A stretch of 64,000 nucleotides of DNA, taken from positions 2,790,001-2,854,000 of the forward strand of contig CAUYUJ010000001.1 of assembly GCA_963575745.1 (NCBI GenBank), in the 5' to 3' direction. Made by a program: the position numbers and the translations under genes. The notes below the pieces were generated by a model. The model saw only the letters and a list, made by a program, of their open reading frames with translations, was not told the DNA's origin and did not search any database. Position 1 is the first letter of the stretch. Each line of letters begins with the position of its first letter. Positions 62,001 through 64,000 of the stretch are shown one piece after another. The DNA is from Prorocentrum cordatum. Taxonomy: Eukaryota.

Positions 62001-62855
62001 GATCTCGTCGTCGTCGTCATCCTCATACGGCTCGGGCGGGTCGGGCACGTACTCCTGCACGAAGGCCTTCACCGCCGGCAGCGACTGCGATGCGGGTTGC
62101 ACTCTCTGCTCGGCCACGTCCATCTGCAGCAGCGCCGCACGGATCGAGGCCGCGTCCTTCTTGCCCTGGGCCAACGTGCGCAGGTTCACCTTTTTCTGCG
62201 CACTGAGGTTGGCTCCTTCCTCAAGGTATCTAGCTTTCACTTTATCTGGTAAAGGAAGTCCGTGAACTTCAGCATCTGACAGCTGCTGGTCACGGCGCAG
62301 CACGTAGTCGGTGAGAGATTCCCCTCGCTTGATCATGTAGTCAAAGGGCGCGTGCGAGTGGGGCAGGCGTTCCCTGTCGCCAGGGCGTTCGCCGTTCAGG
62401 ATCGCCAAGTGCTCGAGCGCCTTCTGGACTCCGTCGGGCTGCATCAGCGAGGAGGCCAGCGGCTTGAACTTCCATTGCAGCTCTACCGGTAGCGATTCCA
62501 CCAGCCGAGGAGCCTGTGACTCCGGAAGGTGCCAGGTGCGTCTTGACCAGGCCGTCACGTTCAGGCGATAGAACTCGAGCTGCTCCATGCCCAGCCAGGT
62601 TGGCGGGGGGCCGAAGTCGCGCGAGCGGGGAGCTACTACCTCCCAACTCTCTGCAGAGTGCCAGTCAGAGTCTCGCCGCGCGCCGTCGTCTCGACCTCGC
62701 CACCACTCGTCACGAGCACCACGGCCGCCAGAGCCCCAGCCCCGGCGCCAGCCCTGCTCGCTCCAGCCGGTCTCCGACCAGTTGTCGTCCGCGTCGGGCC
62801 AGGCTGCTGGCTCTGCGTCGTCCTGGTCGTCTGTCTGGATCTCCGCGTCCGGCAT
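58716..62855 (-). CDS. Gag-protease N-terminal part of the Copia polyprotein (1379 aa up to the premature stop)
   Basis: PPPTW.G gag start, CANCGQRGHWASDC zinc knuckle (61707-61748) and ALVDTAA aspartic protease motif (~61500). Confidence 0.9.
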   Translation of the reverse strand: MPDAEIQTDDQDDAEPAAWPDADDNWSETGWSEQGWRRGWGSGGRGARDEWWRGRDDGARRDSDWHSAESWEVVAPRSRDFGPPPTWLGMEQLEFYRLNVTAWSRRTWHLPESQAPRLVESLPVELQWKFKPLASSLMQPDGVQKALEHLAILNGERPGDRERLPHSHAPFDYMIKRGESLTDYVLRRDQQLSDAEVHGLPLPDKVKARYLEEGANLSAQKKVNLRTLAQGKKDAASIRAALLQMDVAEQRVQPASQSLPAVKAFVQEYVPDPPEPYEDDDDDEIELPEEEAEAFLTAIEEQQLDEEEAIQVFAAVIEEKFGKEKRRSWTEFRKLKAAKKTDREFFSKRKAARPGFKRVGERDIRRRARCANCGQRGHWASDCKNPYVSKADRLAKEKDGKFSASTLFTNSDSDAYSYMDWGSKVNELLKACETDASSFASIKSLGTHALVDTAAAQALIGKREVKILAQALQEVGYCIHYDWTPVTGISASGIGGKTAPVGRAWVPVTLGGNGVVEFLILEQNCPPLLPVKLLACLESAIDLAGNVLVVSDGVLRRRVRVPLATHPSGHRSVDLAQRPAASLKVSPEIQEQMPGARFLKDRRSAAAFAACLRCACACSSPSSSPPVESLGVSLGGQGGSDSGPNRSDSVQPARTSLRESEVGAAASRDEGSLEPRRTHAGGEVASAEAREEGAGPQEGRARPRRDARGFEGGALVGRPAGVRHADGRVGGLGGAAHAGPGAGGDARARGDNGAGGAELLRGPSVAPGEGASLAQAGHPHLLAHDDVRARDAGGLQDAEPPQPVREGRPGRLPPPAPRPLGLREPARDLRQVHDARRSRVASAFLGGGEASQGPAPAREREGQAREEEDQGGHQGDESSVKAGGGPLRPRRPVAASEAAAASPGCSRGGGLSVPPEGELRSPDADGQSGRRVCPREATAAGQGRPSHREGSRAEARGRQDGGADAPDDGARDAASAGGHEHRDRIPAHAEREDVHQHPHHGPGAGRPHGDGPRPDGVAPGDVGAGHAEGSPDVDGGARSGRQPGLGSFRRVCDLGIEEDPKRIQLRKLGASSTSPRGLFVKDLGVVLNRSRGEEYFRKTSWRILGLWDEENDRLLSGPELCQREGWALRALPYKERREIFTALAIGASGGQPPSCLLPSNPRWIDIKGPRGVPIFSGLWAASGSREISDAVSASSPDELLVTFWCEKREGRREGKEVQVVEEDRFAAAALDGLIEIAPAPPSAPRKARDATARALDGLGLRRGRRARRKIAKEKEQARGGTVVLELFSPAKVSAELERRGFKVSPALDILTGTDLLTPEGEARLWQRLEEDAPPHVLMTPMCKAFSAPRASNWGRMDPVLEIREEERGLAAFQLCMKIA
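59720..60850 (-). CDS. 376-aa overlapping ORF in the +1 frame inside the Copia polyprotein, unknown function
   Basis: MKAASSRGG...SQD*. Codons are strongly G/C-ending and the protein has a normal composition, whereas the polyprotein frame over the same bases is R/G/A/P low-complexity. Confidence 0.8.
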   Translation of the reverse strand: MKAASSRGGRTLAAKSPAPRRVKKEPALKRVALDLGGMREASKEVLWSGAPPEYDTLMGASEGWEELPMLDPALEATLELEAITEQEEQNFYAGRQLLPAKVHHWRRLVIRIFWHMTTFAHAMLVAFKMPNLLNPSEKVDPDDCPRPLHARWDSENQHGTFGKCMTRGDRVWHQPFSEEEKLLRAQRRHENERAKLERKKTREAIKEMKAQSKQEVALFDQGDPWLHPKPQPPAPAARAAAASQSLPKASFDRPMLMVKAEEGYVPVRPPPPAKADPRTGRVPEPRPEAGKTAAPTRPMTALEMQQALADMNTAIESQRMQNERTFTSIHTMVQEQGDRMETALVQMASRPVMSEQDMQRVVQMLTAALGAGGSQD

Positions 62856-62957
62856 GGGCCGGTGCAGTGTCGGTCTGTGGGCGGTGGAGCCTCCTTCTCC
62901 TCAGTCGGTCGCCTGGCGGCTCCTCCCGTCCTCGTCGAACGCCACGCGGTCCACGAA

Positions 62958-62973
62958 CCAGCTCCCCTTACCA
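62958..62973 (-). promoter_or_regulatory. Primer-binding site TGGTAAGGGGAGCTGG
   Basis: Starts 1 nt after the CA end of the 5' LTR and begins with TGG, complementary to the tRNA CCA end. Confidence 0.8.
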
Positions 62974-62974
62974 C

Positions 62975-63160
62975 TGTCACAGGGTCGGGGGCCTATCGGG
63001 ACACGAGGGCTGTGAGAGGGACGGGAGGAGCTCTCTTTCAGTACGCCGTATGAGTCTCCGGGGACTCGCACCCTAAGCCTAAGCGGCTATAAGACAGTGA
63101 GGACATAGAGGGAGAGCGAGAGGGAGCGAAGAGAGACCCCCCAGGGGACAAACGGGGACA
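62975..63160 (-). repeat. 5' LTR (186 bp)
   Basis: Direct repeat of 53802-53988, followed on the plus strand by GACC. Confidence 0.95.
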
Positions 63161-63710
63161 GACCCAAGAGACCTCCAAGATGCCCAAGATGGCCTCTAAG
63201 ACGGCCCTGGAGCACCCCAGGAGGGCCCCAAGTCGGCCCAGGCAGGCCCCCAAGACGGCTTCCGACGGCGTCAGACGGGCCGGGAGCCCACCAAGATGGC
63301 AGGAAGGCCAGAGAAGGCTAAAATCATTGATTTCCCACGAGTTTTTGAAGGATTGTGGCATTTGTTTTTTGTTCAGCCTTCCGACGGCCCGAGAGGGCCC
63401 AAGAGCCCAAAAGATCGCCCAAGAGGTCTCCATTATGGCCCCAGCCCAAGACGGCCCCAAGAGGCCCCCAAGACGGCCAAGAGGCCTCCAAGACGGCCAA
63501 AATGGCCTCCAAGACGGCCATGGAGCACCCCGAGAGGGCCGCAAGACGGGCCAGAGAGGCCTCCAGACGGCTTCCGACTACGTCAAACGGGCCAGAAGCC
63601 CACCAAAACAACCAAAGATGACCCCCGCGAAGCCCACAAAGGTCCAAGAAGCTCCCAGGAAGCTCCCAAGAGGCCCCAAGAGTGTCCCCAGAGGCTCCCG
63701 AGATGCCCCT
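63161..63710 (+). repeat. GGCCCCAAGAG-family dispersed repeat; host of the LTR insertion, continuing 53120-53801
   Basis: The reconstructed empty site CAAAGATGACCCAAGAG fits the repeat unit pattern. Confidence 0.8.
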
Positions 63711-64000
63711 CACCTCCTCCTCCGCCTCCTCTTGATTTTCCCCGCCATCCTCCCCCAAGTGTTCCCCGAAGGGTTTCCACAACGGTTGGGGGAACAGATG
63801 GCCCGATACTTTGGCAGAGCTTTTGCCACACCGCTCGGCCACATGGGCGATTCTAGAAGGCGGGGGGCGGCGGTGATTCGCCGTGGGCGTCTTCGGTGAA
63901 GCCAAAAACAAAGCCACGAACAGCGAAGCACAATCGAAACCATGTCCACAAGGCAGGCGGCATGGCAGAGCGGACAGCTACGAACTGCCAAGCGGCATGC

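Larger units (their letters stand above)
53802..63160 (-). mobile_element. Full-length Ty1/Copia LTR retrotransposon (9359 bp), inactivated
   Basis: Two TG...CA LTRs, a PBS, a GACC TSD and Gag-PR-IN-RT-RH domain order. It is inserted into a GGCCCCAAGAG-family repeat. Confidence 0.96.

Noticed and set aside
60945..62252. 435-aa plus-strand ORF antisense to gag/protease
   Set aside because: It is the expected antisense shadow of GC3-biased coding sequence and has no motifs of its own.

Overview
GC-rich, repeat-dominated eukaryotic nuclear DNA with no prokaryotic gene organisation. Short exons with AG|G acceptors, GT/GC/GA donors and a retrotransposon carrying a methyltransferase-like domain point to a dinoflagellate; a Prorocentrum-like genome is an inference only. 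Host genes are few: the 5' part of an intronless PPR gene (1-938, minus) and a multi-exon minus-strand gene of unknown function (about 10.9-14.5 kb) with five phase-compatible exons. The main feature is a complete but mutated 9.36-kb Ty1/Copia LTR retrotransposon (53802-63160, minus) with about 97% identical LTRs, a PBS and a 4-bp TSD. Between its protease and integrase it carries (i) a 376-aa ORF overprinted in the +1 frame and (ii) a C5 cytosine-methyltransferase-like domain. The rest is decayed non-LTR retrotransposon relics (APE, RT, RNase H, RLE), many nested MITE-like and Helitron-like non-autonomous elements, three minisatellite arrays (113, 125-140 and 77 bp units) and multi-kb microsatellites. 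Most ORFs in the supplied track are artefacts of GC-rich or simple-sequence DNA. All domain calls are by-eye motif recognition; no database searches were run.
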